Shown in pieces: positions 36,301 through 49,859 of a stretch of 64,000 bases of DNA. The DNA is from Octopus bimaculoides (taxonomy: Eukaryota), in contig NC_068998.1 in assembly GCF_001194135.2 (NCBI RefSeq), positions 28,881,162 through 28,945,161 on the forward strand, in the 5' to 3' direction. The notes under the pieces were generated by a model that did no database searches, was not told the origin of the DNA, and saw only the letters and a program-made list of their open reading frames with translations. The position numbers were made by a program, and so were the translations under genes. Each line of letters begins with the position of its first letter. Within the stretch, counting starts at the first letter, position 1.

Positions 36301-39277
36301 CGAGTGCCTATATCTATATAACCTTTCCAGACAAACAGAGTACCTATACCTATATGATCTTGAAAACATCCATATAACCTCATATGCAAATTAAATAAAC
36401 TCCAAAACACATGGACACAGCTGAATTAGGTATTTGGTGAAAACTTGCATTAAATACAATTGCTAAAATACCTATGAATTAGGATTAAAGATTCAGTTTG
36501 CCAGACTCTTAATGATCTTTGAACTGAGCAGCATACAAAAAATTATTCTGTAATAATTCTCCCTAACACATACGAATCCCTGATCTCGCTGATTTGTTCT
36601 TCAGTTTCAATGTTATTTCATGGGTATTGATCATCAGCTTAGTAATAATAGCAAAAACTTTTGTTTTTGTTTACAACAAAATCTAATGTTAGCAAAGGAT
36701 AACAGCTGTTTTCAGTTTAATACTATGACTACTGAAGGCATTGGCACTTTCACTGACCAATACTTTACCTGTTGTTTCTCTTATAGGCACAGAGTATAAT
36801 TTGTTTGTATCTAACTGGACTCAGCTATCTTTCTACATCACTTTTATTTTGTGGATGATTTATCAGTCATTTTCAGTTATTTTCTTCTTTCAGATATTTT
36901 GCATATAAGTAAAAAGTATGATGACTCATTTTGGAGATTTATTAGAAATCATTTGCTAAGACTTGTATATATTTCACTAATGTATGATATTTTACTATGT
37001 TTGCAATCATTTGTGTAGACCAGTGAATGCAAGTAAATATTCCCTTCTCTTCATGTGCCATATCTGTTTTAGAGATTTCAGCAGTCATGACTTCGTTGCT
37101 AAGATTTGAAGGTGCATGATTTTTCCTAGGAAAAGACATAGCAGTGGTTTTTGGTTTCCTTCCACTAGTCTATCTATGTTTTACTCTACTAGTTTCCTGT
37201 TCTTTTGAACTCACCCTTGAAGCACTGAGCCTATTAGCCCTTAGGCAGAGGGACTGATTTGTGTAATATCAGGACATGTCCACATACAGACAATGGTGGA
37301 CCTGTGTGACACCGACCAAAGCTCAGCCTTCCATACCTTAGCCACAAGGACCATCTTCTGCAAGTTGACTTGTAACTAGGATCCTTGATAGGTATTATTA
37401 TCATGGATCTATTTTGACCCAAAAGTATTGGTGATTGAGGAGTAACTCCATAATCTTCAAAACTCCCGAATTCCCAGGCTGGAGTCCCATTGCTGGATGC
37501 AGTTTAATGTTTTGCTCAGGACATAAAATACCATATTATCTATTTTTGTCTGAGTCTTCTTGATATAGAATTTTGATATCTTATTCTTCTAATTTAGTTT
37601 CTGAATGTCTTAAAGAGATGCACTACTGTTCAAAGAGTTGAATATGTTGCTGTTGCTTTTAATAGTAATATATTTCCTATCATTAAATAAGCTGTAACAA
37701 AATCTCTTGGAAACTGCAATACAAGTGAAATATGAATATCAACTATTCTAGAGTTTTTACATGATTGAAATAATGTGATAGAACTTGCACCAACCAAATT
37801 TTAGTACAGTTTTAATTCAAATAGAATATTGATCAATTTTCATACTTTAAACATTAATTGCATCAATACCATTGATCTTGAAGTGACTACAAAAGCTATA
37901 TGCATGGCCTATTCCTCCCGATAAAACCAATTAAAATAGATAAATAAAAAGTAACAGTACAATAATGAAATAGAATCAAGAAAATTTTGTCAGAAAGCTA
38001 GCAAAAATGAATCTGTCATACTTTTACAAAATTACTTCGAAGAAGTTACTACTCTCCATTTGTACACAATGTACACTCACAAAATATCTGCAGTTAGAGA
38101 GTTTAAAAGTTGGACAAATGTTGAACTTGGTCAAATTTTCATTAAACATGTTAATCTTTCATTCAGTCAAGTGTATCCATATGAACTCTGTTTCTTCTTA
38201 ATAACAAAGATCCCTTGGTCTTCCTTTGTTCTTGTTTTTATTCATTCTGTTTAATCCCTGATTTATATTCTTAATTCATTCTTCTAACATCTCTCTTTTA
38301 TCATATGTTGTTTGTCTTGGCTTTCTGTTGTAAATTTCCAGCAACCACAATATTTTATGCCTTTTGCTATTGCCTTGTCAACAATGTACATTGCATCATG
38401 CATGGTTGATTACAGAAGTATCTAGAAGAGAAATAGGAAAACCAGGTATAAGGTTGGCTAGAAAAGTCAACTGCAAAAAGAAACAGAGAAAGTTGAGACT
38501 ATGGAGTATCAACATATTTTGAAATTAGATATTGCAAAATAAAACTAATTAAAACAATGAAATTTTGGGAAAAATGACTTAAATCTATTTTTTACTTTCT
38601 TTCTGCTTAAAATTTCTTTTTTATTAGTTATAGTATTCTTGTCTTTACACATGAATTAGTCAGTAACTTAGTATAGCATTGCATATCAGTTATAGTACCA
38701 AGGGAAAATATTTCATACAATTCTGCATACTAAATACAAATACAATAAATAGGGTCTCACATATGTAACATAATGGTTAAAAAGTTTACCTTTATTTCTT
38801 TGTATATTGATCACCTCTGCATCTTGCTGACTAATCTAAATATGCTTTACTGGGGGAGATATTATTTGCTGTTTTTAGATTTTAAACACCTCTAGAGCTA
38901 GATTTTCATTTGTTATTGCATGAATTTTCTCAATTAATCAAAGCTTTTCAACTCATTATGTTACTTATGTGAGACCATATAGCATATGAGATTTAAAGTA
39001 AAATAAAATAGTGGAAAAAAGTGAATTTTAGTAAATAATTGATGCAGAAAAATTGGCAGGCACTGTATAGGTTTATATAATATGTAGTTTAACCTGTCAT
39101 GCTGTGCATACTGAGAAACTGACTAATTATTGTGGGGATGTAAAAGGAGTAGAGCTGAAGAAAATAGAAAAAGAAACAAATAATAAATTAAAATGAGCCT
39201 GTTTTCACTTTTCCATTTTAAATTTGTGTTTATAATTTCATATAGGCATAATCTGTATAGCATGTGTGTGTGTGAGC

Positions 39278-39308
<31 letters not shown>

Positions 39309-39399
39309 GGAGAGATGTGCAGCATCATCAACAGCTACATGACAATACAGGTCCTTGTTCTGATTCTATTCCTGAGATATTAAAATGATAGTAGATGAA

Positions 39400-39530
<131 letters not shown>

Positions 39531-39799
39531 CACAGTAAAGTGAATTGTATTGAACGAGGGTGGTCTTATGCAGTTTCCTGTGTATAGGTTCACTAAAGGA
39601 CAAGTGAGCAGAGTGATGAGGTAAGTGCAATCAACACAGGTGGTTGGGAGATGAAAGATGTGGTGGTGGGGTTATGAATGCTAAAGAGGGAGGCAAGAAG
39701 AGGGGAGTAAGCTATAGGTAGATAGGAGAGGGTGTCAAAAATCTAAGATGAGGGAAATGCAAATGCAGCCCTGACAAATACTGCAGCCTCTAATTACTA

Positions 39800-42000
39800 C
39801 CCTTGAGTCAGAGTGCATGTTGTTATGGGTGGACAGGTCTTCAGCACTGCATAACATCAATCAGTATGGTCCTTTGTGAGACGCAACATTTTCAGCTCAT
39901 GCTTTACCACCTAGTCCCATGTCTTCCTCAGTCTCTCTCTCTTTCATGATTTCACTAATTTGGAGTGCACAACACTTCGTTATGCGGTAATTGTTCTCCA
40001 TATGCATCACATGCTCCAGCATTTTCTTTTGTACACAATATCTGATTCTTTGCATACACAGTTTTTCTCTCAGTTCTTTTGTATTCTGGCAAAATTAACA
40101 TTATGCATCTATTCAAGCATCATTTCTTTATAGCATTTGAATATTTCCCACATTCAAAATCCATATCTTATTATCATAGTTCCAGTACAAATACCAAATA
40201 ATCTACCTTTCACTCTGAGGGCAAAGGTCTATATTTCTACCAGAGGTGGTAGCTCCCTGAACATTCTCCAATCTGTTCTTATCTTGACTACTATATTTTT
40301 GGAACAACCACCTCCCTTGTTAATTATGCCAACTAGGTAACATAAGCCATTGATTACTTCTAGTAGGCTATTCAGGAATTTAAGAGAGTTTACCTCTTGT
40401 GTGCTCTTTGTGCATATTGCACTAAGAAGAGTCTAAGAGCACACAGTATCTACCACATACAAAGTTTGTGAGTCCATAGTTTATACTGGATTAAGCATAC
40501 AGGGTTTATACTTACACTTTTCTGCATATTGAGCAAAGCTGTTTCCCCGATGACACCATGATATTGTCTTCTTTCCTACTTACAAATACCTTAGTCTTTG
40601 CTAAGTTGATCCTAAGTCCTCTTTCTGCTAGGTTTCACTATAGTGGAATTTCTTCTCTACTTCTACTATAGATTCGGCTATAAAAACTAGATCACCCACC
40701 TATTGAAATTCCCATAGACAGTCTCTGTGATCACCTGTAGGACTATAATAAATTTGAAAGGGATGAGAACTGAACCTTAATTAGCTTCTATTTTTAAGCT
40801 AAATTATTTGCTGAGTTCATCGTTGGCTTTTACTGCATGATTGACTGCACCTTTGGACATAGCTTGAAATCTTTACAAACCATGTGTCTACCTAATTTCC
40901 TTAGCACCCAGCAAATTACAGAGTGTGGCACTCTGTCAGAGACCTACTCCAAGTCAATGAATGTTAGGTATAGTGGTTTATTTTTAATCAAATGTTACTA
41001 GGAAAATTGCATCTGTTGCCACTTTGCAGGCATGAAACCAGATTGCATTTCATCTGAACTAATTCTGTTTTTGATCAGCTGTGCCTTGACTCTCTCTTTA
41101 ACTTTTGTAACCTGATCGAACAATTTAGAGCCTCTATAATTTTCCATCTGAAAAGCATTTCCCATGCCCTTGTATCTATTTACAATGACACTGCTTTGTC
41201 AGTCATAGGATATGACATCTTCCTGTATTACCTGATTAATTATTCAGATAACTATCATGTATCACAACTTGCCAGATATTCTGAGTGTCACAGTGACTAA
41301 CCTTGATGGGCCAGCAGTTTTGTCTACTTTCATATCCTTAATAACTTTATCTACCCAAAGTACTTGAAATCACTGACCACTTTGAGCTGTATGCCACAAT
41401 GAAAACAAATTGGCAGGTAACTTTCATTTTCATTGATAGTTATGTATACAGTCTCAAGAAACAAACTGACTTTAGTTGCAGCATTCTCAAAGGGCTAACA
41501 AGTTTTTCACATCACACTGTTGATGAATTGTGAGTGCAAGGTCATAAGCATTGTCAGGATCAAAGAGATACAGGTTCTGCTGTTGTCTTCATTTCTTCTC
41601 CTTGATGGAAGCCATTTGTCAAGGATGGGGATGAAGGCTTTGCTTAAGGATGCAATCCACTACAATCACAAAGAGAAAAGTAACTCTCATGTCTCCCTGA
41701 AGGATTCCTATGTTATTGGACATTCTTTAGTTGAATCATTTGTGTTCTGCACAAAGCTTAGTGGGTTCCCATACCGATGGTGATGGCTTTGACAATCTCA
41801 TCTAGAATATTGTAGTAATATGGCCTTTCTGTATCAATTACTTTAGAGAAAGTCACAAATGTGATTGATGCCTTTTGCTTGAAGATTCTTGGTACTTCTA
41901 TAGCTTTTCTAAAGGAAAGGACCTGTGGTAATGTTGATTTGTTTTTGCAGGAGCTGTTTTGGTTCTGTTGAAGATAAGACTAGTACTGGGGAAAATTCTA
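39800..42000 (-). mobile_element. Degraded RTE-clade LINE (RT domain to ORF end)
   Basis: Minus frames: LTFIDLE*VSDRVPHSVICWVLRKLG, GSVLIPFKFIIVLQVITE, GDLVFIAES..LRINLAKTK, and terminal GRHGTRW*SMS / KTWD.VVKHELKML-type motif. Confidence 0.85.
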
Positions 42001-42331
42001 TTAAGGAGTATTAAATTGTAGATTTTGGTGGGTTAGAGAGGAGATTATAATTCTGTTGCAGTTCTGAAGACTCCTTTCTTTAGAAGTGGAATAATTAAAG
42101 ACTTCAAGAAAGCCTTTAGTGTTTTTTTTATAGATCTTGTTACAAAAGTCCAACAGGTATTTGTGAATGAGAGGATTCTTTCAGATAATGGCTTGGATCT
42201 TATCTGGACTTGATATTTTGTTGTTTCATTGATTTTTAGTATTTAAAAAGCCAGGGCATGTATATAGAAAATTTTTTTTCTATGAAGCTGAAACCTGAAC
42301 TATAAAGAAGGAGTTTCAAGAGTGCATTGAT

Positions 42332-42362
<31 letters not shown>

Positions 42363-42726
42363 NNNNNNNNNNNNNNNNNNNNNNNNNNNNNNNNNNNNNN
42401 NNNNNNNNNNNNNNNNNNNNNNNNNNNNNNNNNNNNNNNNNNNNNNNNNNNNNNNNNNNNNNNNNNNNNNNNNNNNNNNNNNNNNNNNNNNNNNNNNNNN
42501 NNNNNNNNNNNNNNNNNNNNNNNNNNNNNNNNNNNNNNNNNNNNNNNNNNNNNNNNNNNNATCAGATGTTATATTTTGGAGACTTCTGCACTCTAATAGA
42601 GGATGGGGACCATTTAGTCACACAAAACATGCAACTGAGGATCCACCAAAGCTAACAGTGGTGGTAGTGGTAGGGACAGAGGTTTCTGGTGCAGCATTGT
42701 GAGATATATCTCAATTGTGTTCGCTT

Positions 42727-42809
<83 letters not shown>

Positions 42810-44045
42810 TGATAAGCCATGTCTTTCATTTGTCATAATGTTAGTAGGTCTGTAATAGGTAATAAGGCAATCATTTGACAACCACAATGTCAATGATTGT
42901 TTTATGTCTTCAGCTCTGATGTCTCTTACCATAACTACATGCCATTGTTTCTATGATAATATAACAAAATATTTCTTTTACTGTTCAACTTGTTATTCAT
43001 TGTCCTTTTCACCTCTTTTTGACATTTTATTTCTCTAAAATATTCTTTTGTGTGTACTTGAGCTATATTTAACAATATTATCTTTGTGCAATTTAGATAT
43101 TGAATAGTTCAAGAAGTGTCTATACAAAGCTGCATTGTTCTGTGAAATATTCCATGCCACTAATGTATCCATATCACTAATGTACTGTTTCATTCATTCT
43201 GGGAGAAAATACCTGAGCTATAAGAATGATATTTACTTCTTTATAAAGTCTATCATTGTGTGAGACTGTAGCAGAAACTATTAAATATGTCTATCTGTTT
43301 TGTCATATAAATGTCTTCTTGAAACAAATGATGTTAGAATTATATGTTTTGAGGACACACTTAGCTATTTGTTGACTACAATACGACCAAACCAGCAAAA
43401 TTTTGATATCTTTAGTGAAAGGCAAAAAAATAACGAGACAAATTTGTATTTTGAAAACTGGTGAAATTCAAAGACATTCATGAAATGTGATTAAAATGGA
43501 GATGCAAAGTATTATCAAAATAGGAAATCTGAGAGAAAATCACTCTTCTTCCTAATTTTTTTTTATCTCTTTATTGAATTGGTGCAGGAATACCTGCTGC
43601 TTTTATTGTCTATTCTAACTGAACAACAGTTTTTTGTTAACTTAGTAACTGGAAATTACCAAATTATTTTTATTGCTTTGGAGTATATATGATATGGCTG
43701 TGTGAATCTATTCAAAGAGAGTTTGAAAGTTTTCACTGTGTATTTCATGAGTAGCTCTATGTATATATTATCTTGAAATACGTCTGTATTTTAAAGTTGT
43801 CGAATGAGACTAGTTTGTAATGTCTGCATTGCAGGATTTTTCTGAGGTCTGTATTTTAGAATCACTCCATATCTGGTTTAAAGTGTCTAGGTTGCCTGTG
43901 AATGGTACCTTTTAGAAAAAAGTTAAGGAGAAATAAAATAAAGAAGAACAGATTATTGTACAGAAGAATGAAAATGAGAAACATAATGCTGAGACATACC
44001 TGAGTTGATAGAATGGTGAATTAAAAGTGTACCATTGAGAGATGC

Positions 44046-44092
44046 AGTAATGGAGTGATGGAGTAATGGAGTGATGGAGTAATGGAGTGATC
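44046..44092. repeat. 16-bp tandem repeat (GTAATGGAGTGATGGA) about x3
   Basis: Direct reading. Confidence 0.85.
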
Positions 44093-44322
44093 TGGCATCA
44101 AGTTTCCAGTCAAAAAGATGAGAGTCAGCTGGAGCCCATAAATGAACAACTGAGTAAAAGGATATACCAGATGCATTTAAAGATTTTCTTGTTGCAACAA
44201 GATAACTTTTGCCAAGGTTCTCAAAAACAAAATACTACAGGTATGTAAAATAGAAGGGAAAATTTCAGTCTATTTTATGAATGGAAATAACAGTAACAAG
44301 CATTTAATAGAGAGAGAGAGAC

Positions 44323-44379
44323 TCCAGGTGATAAAATGTGCAATGTCCAGGTGATAAAAGTGCAATGTCCAGGTGATAC
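44323..44379. repeat. 23/24-bp tandem repeat (TCCAGGTGATAAAA(T)GTGCAATG) about x2.5
   Basis: Direct reading. Confidence 0.85.
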
Positions 44380-44799
44380 CATTTGTTTCCAGCTTTGAGA
44401 AACTAGAATTTTCTGTTTGTCTGTCTCTTTTTTTTTTGGTGGGGTGGGTGGGGTAGGTATAACATCCAGTTTGACACCAACTCCTGGACCATGCAGGTTT
44501 TTTTTGTAGAGTTCCCTCTGTTGTAAGTTTTTGGATTAGGCTCCAAGTAGGATGTTATTGGAGTTTAATAACTCCTACTACACTATCCTAGATGCCAAAA
44601 ACTAAAACTAACCCCAGTGAATAAACCTCTCATCTCTTTTCTAACATTTGTGAACTCTAACCAATTCAGCTCCCACTTACAAGCACCTCTTACAAGCACA
44701 TAAACCACATATCCTATTCTTCACAAATTTCTCAGCCATCATCTATTGCCCATCTGCACTCACTCAGGTTATATGCACTTTACTTTTCACACTCACTGG

Positions 44800-45440
44800 T
44801 GGTGTCTGTGTCTGTGTAAATTCCATTCTTTTTGTCACTAACATGTTTCATCTAGATATCCTTAATAAAAATGTCTGGCTATTCTGGCTCAAAGCTTCCT
44901 TCCCCGACTCTTCTGAATACATCTGCTTCCTCTGCTGCTCTTTGAACTCCTCCAAATACTTCTAATCTTACCTGCAAGTGCAATGTCTACCAATCCATCA
45001 CCATTCTCTGCCCCTATTGGATCATTTGACTACTGCCTTATTATGACTACCCACCATACATGCAATAAAAACTACACAATGCCTTGCCTCTTTCCCTCAC
45101 CCAGTGCTTGGAGCTCCTCTATTTCCAAGTTAACCACCTTCAGCATCACATGTGACTTCACTCTTGAAACACCTGACCAGGTGACTGAAACTATTCTCCT
45201 AGAATGTACTTCCACATACTGCACAGAACAAAACTCATGGCCCAAAGTTCCCAGAATGCTTCACTCATACCTGTGCTACAGCACTTCATGACTCAGAATG
45301 ATTGTACAAAATCACTCGTCCGCCCAAGCTAAATGGTTCTTACTCAGCACCATGACTCTTGCACAACCACCATCCAAACCACAAAGAACTCCTTGCACAG
45401 TACAAGAGCATTCCTGCTCCCTTCCCGAACAGGAGTAGAC
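44800..45440 (+). mobile_element. Degraded CR1-like LINE endonuclease/tether remnant
   Basis: APIGSFDYCLI resembles PLGSSDHCLI. C/A-rich strand composition and downstream ..PKWF-like motif. Confidence 0.45.
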
Positions 45441-46030
45441 TGTTTTGGTCCTTTGTCTAAAAAGACCCAATCATAATAATTTCCCAATCATAATAGTTCT
45501 GTATGAAGAATTGTCTTACAGGGATAGCCTTCACTCATGCTGCACAATTTGCCCAGGTTGCTTAGTTCCACATTGCACAAGTACTATCATTCATATACAC
45601 ATATTAAGTGGAAAAAAAACTCTAGTCAATTCAAACCAACAAGTAGTGGATGTTAAACAATGATGATGATGATGATGATGATGATGATACCCATATATAA
45701 TATGTCCTGACTGAACTCTTCAATCTGTCTCTCTCTCTCTCTGTCTCTCTCTCTCTCTGTCTCTCTCTCTCTCTGTCTCTCTCTNNNNNNNNNNNNNNNN
45801 NNNNNNNNNNNNNNNNNNNNNNNNNNNNNNNNNNNNNNNNNNNNNNNNNNNNNNNNNNNNNNNNNNNNNNNNNNNNNNNNNNNNNNNNNNNNNNNNNNNN
45901 NNNNNNNNNNNNNNNNNNNNNNNNNNNNNNNNNNNNNNNNNNNNNNNNNNNNNNNNNNNNNNNNNNNNNNNNNNNNNNNNNNNNNNNNNNNNNNNNNNNN
46001 NNNNNNNNNNNNNNNNNNNNNNNNNNNNNN

Positions 46031-46099
<69 letters not shown>

Positions 46100-46274
46100 A
46101 TCTATCTACCTATCTATCTATCCTGATTTTTCAAAACATGTTACAGAGTAACCTATTCTGACCCTTCTGACTCTGCTAACTATCATCCTTCCTCTTCAAA
46201 ACCAGGACTCTATAATTGAGCCCATACGAGACCCATAAAGGATTATTGCTCCCATATCTAATATGGTGTTAATA

Positions 46275-46590
46275 ATGTTTTCAAATTTTGGTACAAGGTC
46301 AGAATTTTTTAGGAATGTTGATTAAATTGATCCAAGTGTTCAACTGGTACTTATTTTACGAACCCCAAAAGAATGGACAACAAAGTCAACCTTAGTGGAA
46401 CCTGGGCTGAAAATGTAAACTGGAAGAAATGCCTTGAAGCATTATGTCCATAATGCTAACAATTCTGCCTGCTTACCACCTTTTTCTTCAAACTAACAAT
46501 AATCCTTTCTGCTATTGACACAAGGCCTGAAATTTGGGGGGAAAAGGTTAGTCAATTTTATTGACCTAAAAGGATGAAAGGCAATGATAA
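46275..46590 (-). mobile_element. Two SINE family A copies, minus strand
   Basis: tttcaaattttggtacaaggtcag..actggtacttattttacgaaccccaaaag; second copy gacacaaggcctgaaattt..aaaaggatgaaaggc. Confidence 0.75.
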
Positions 46591-47192
46591 TAAAAAAAAC
46601 AAATGTATGTTTAAAATTGAATATATTTTATCACTTAGTCAAGAGGTCATGTGGTTCACATGACTCTTTATGAGAACTTTCATAGGAAAAACAACAAAAA
46701 GAGAAGAAAATATTGTCATGTCAGAGACTTGGCTCAGACACGTGCAACAGAGTGATTAAGAAGCATCCTGTCTGATGCTCTACCAATTCCTCTAGTCTGT
46801 CAATTCCTCTAGTCTGTTTCCCTACTGTACTACCCTGTTTATAGATCCTGAGATGATGAAAAGCAAAGTTGATGTTGGAATATTCAGTGAAAATGCAAAA
46901 TAAATATTATTTTCATTTGAGATGTTCAGATATTTAAAATATAATTACTTTCTTTTATATTTACATGGTGAAATATTTCTAGAAAAAAAAAATGAACAAA
47001 AAGAAATCTAGAAAAAGAAATATTCTTGTACTCTTTGAATTTTTTTCTATATTTCAGAAATATTTGTTATTTTTCTGGTCTTCTGTTTCTAACAATTCAT
47101 TTGAAGTATTGTGTATTATTCTTTATAGTATGTTGTTTTGAATAATGAATTGTCTATTTATTAAACATGACATTTTTTCTCTTTCTGTACAG

Positions 47193-47213
47193 GCATCACA
47201 CAGGAGAGGCAAG
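47193..47213 (+). CDS. Candidate 21-nt symmetric microexon (phase 2/2 reading: [R]HHTGEA[R/S])
   Basis: Clean acceptor cattttttctctttctgtacAG, exon GCATCACACAGGAGAGGCAAG, donor AAG|GTATAA. Length is divisible by 3, all three frames are open, and it is in frame with exon 25947-26041. Confidence 0.4.
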
Positions 47214-48317
47214 GTATAAGATATTTATGTTTATTTTAACCTTGTGTTGTAGTCCTCTCACTCCACATAACATTTTACTGACTAAATATTTTTACCTTTC
47301 ATTCCTTCAATTCTGTTGTCCTACATTAACTTAACTATGTGTGTGTATATATATATATAACATACTGGTTGTGAGAAGTTTTTCAATTGATTTGTGTACA
47401 TAGGCATCATCATTGTCATCACTGCTGCCATTGCCACCACATCCTCTGCCATAGATATGCATACCATTGTTGTTGTCAGTATTGACATTGGTGGCATCAA
47501 TGCTTGTATGCCTTCATTCGCTACACAATATAGATCTGTGCATCTGGATGTGTATTTCATCCATAACACCTGCCATTTACAAATTTCCCTTCAATACTTC
47601 TTTCCTAATGGAAGTAAGACCACCCAGTGTGTGAGTTTGTCCAGATGTTTTAAAGTGTGTTCTTCATCTGTACAGCTGTGTGTGATCTTGGCTACTTGGA
47701 ATAAGACATAGAGTAATTTGTTTAAGAGACATAAGCTTCCCCAAACCTTTACTTCTAGGTATTCCCTTGGATATCAGTAACTGTAGTTGCACTTTTCAAC
47801 ATGCTTTAACAAGGGATGTGCCAGCTGACAGGGTAACCTCAGATTCCTGTCCTACTTGGCAGGAGTCCTCTGCAGGCAAACGCTGTCCTCTTGAATTTTC
47901 TAAAACAAATAGTATGATATTATGCAAGTGAAGCAGTGTAACAAGTTACTGTGTTATTCTCAGACCAAGGGCCTGATCAGAATGTTTACAACAGAGTTGA
48001 CTTCTTAAAGGTTTTCAGTTTTCTGACAGAGATATTCAACTAAGTAACCTTTTAAGGTAGGAATAGAATTCTATTGCTTTCCTCTAAAAACAAGAAACAA
48101 AATATATGTTATCATAGTACAAAGATCAGAAGATTGGTTTTACAGAACTTGGCATCCCCTCTGCAATCTTGAGTCCTGAGTTGACTAAATATTGAAGTGG
48201 GTTGCCTCACTTTGTTTGCAATTATAGAAACTAAGTATCACCTAGCAGGGTTTTTTACATAGTCTATAGATTTTTAAAAGATATCTAAGTGTAGGAATTC
48301 TGTGAAAGAGAGAGGGA

Positions 48318-48380
<63 letters not shown>

Positions 48381-48488
48381 AAGAAGTATAAAGACAAAAT
48401 ATAAGGAAAAGGAGTATTGGTAAAATTAGGTATAGTGAGCAGGTGGTGAAATATATATATGTATGTATGTATGTATGTATATGTGTGT

Positions 48489-48793
48489 GGAGGCACAATG
48501 GCCCAGAGGTTAGGGCAGCGGACTCGCAGTCGGAGGATCACGGTTTCGATTCCCAGACCGGGTGTTGTGTGTGTTTATTGAGCGAAAACACCTAAAAGCT
48601 CCACGAGGCTCCAGCAGGGAGTGGTGGCAACCCCTGTTATACTCTTTCATATCAACTTTCTCTTACTCTTTCTTCCTGTTTCTTGAGTAACGCTGCAATG
48701 GACTGGTGTCCCGTCCAGCTGGGGGGAACACATACGCCATAGAAACCAGGAAACCGGGCCCATGAGCCTGGCTAGGCTTTAAATGGGTGCAAG

Positions 48794-48795
<2 letters not shown>
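48489..48795 (+). mobile_element. Full-length young tRNA-derived SINE (family E)
   Basis: tRNA-like head GGAGGCACAATGGCCCAGAGGTTAGGGCAGCGGACTCGCAGTC with A-box TGGCCCAGAGG and B-box GGTTTCGATTCC. CpGs retained. Followed by (TA)n(CA)n. Confidence 0.85.
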
Positions 48796-48845
<50 letters not shown>

Positions 48846-48861
48846 CACACACACACACGTG

Positions 48862-49730
48862 CGAGGTCTGATCAATAAGTATCCGGACTGTTGTCATAGT
48901 AATGAATCTAAAGCACGCAGAGTAAAGCCACTTGGCAAAATTGACCTTGACGTCTGCTGTGCATGTGCACTAAGTTTTAACATACTAGCTCATTTCCACT
49001 GTTTACAGCAGTGCTTGGAAGTGACGTGTGTAGTGTGTGATCATCACATTGACCATGATAGAGAAAATTGTCATGGTGATACCTGCTCAGAGGCCAGAAA
49101 GTGTATGGAGAAGGTGCATGAGCCACACACAAGTGTACGAGTGGTTCAGATGTCTCCAAGATGGCTGATAGTGACGAACGTCCTGGGAGACCTGCAACCA
49201 GCAGAACTGAAAAAAACATTGCAGATATGCATGCAGCTGCAAGGGAAAATCATTGAACCACCATTCGTGAGTTATCAGATGATGTGCAGATTAGTTACAG
49301 TTCAGTTCAGTCCATTATCACTGACGATTTGGGTATGAGGTGGGTGTCTGCCAAGTTTGTGCCCAAACTGCTTTCAGCTGACCAAAGAGACACTCAGGTT
49401 TCTGTTGCACAAAATCTCTTTGATTGTGTCAAGAACAATGAAAACTTTTTGAAAACTTTGCATAGGCCTCTGAGCAGGTATCACCAAACTTTTGGCAATA
49501 TTTGATGCAGATTCTCTGCTCAACTTTCTCTGTCATGGTCAAGGCAATGAACACATGCTACATATGTTACTTCCAAGCACTGCTGTAAACAGCAGAAGTC
49601 AGCTAGTATGTTAAAACTTAGTGCACATGCACAGCAGAGTTCATGGTCAATCTGTGCGAAGCGGCTGCACTCTGCATGCTTTAGCTTCATTATTATGACA
49701 ACAGTTCGGATACTTATCGATCAGACCGCA
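48862..49730 (+). mobile_element. Complete symmetric mariner-derived MITE (two left ends, about 250-280-bp inverted arms)
   Basis: TIR CGAGGTCTGATCAATAAGTATCCGGAC.. / ..TTCGGATACTTATCGATCAGACCGCA + TA. The core encodes mariner HTH/linker (IITDDLGMRWVSAKFVPKLLSADQ). The right arm is the inverted 5' UTR + MTEKVEQRICIKYCQKFGDTCSEAYAK. Confidence 0.92.
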
Positions 49731-49859
49731 TACATATGTGTGTGTGTGTGTGTATGTACAAAGAGAGAAAGGGAGAGAGTGTGTATCTTGGGAAGGAGAT
49801 TTTATCCTATAAGGAGCACATACAAAAGTTTTGTTTCACTTATTATTATTATTATTATT

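Noticed and set aside
36860-36925. Strong acceptor (ttattttcttctttcAG) with 15- or 22-nt possible micro-exons
   Set aside because: Donors are weak or ambiguous and the exon sequence is as AT-rich as intron; cannot be supported without reads.
46785-46820. 17-bp direct duplication CAATTCCTCTAGTCTGT x2
   Set aside because: Simple local slippage or excision footprint; nothing further can be inferred.
48489-48562. tRNA gene
   Set aside because: Anticodon and acceptor stems do not pair properly and the sequence continues into a 300-bp SINE body. It is a SINE head.
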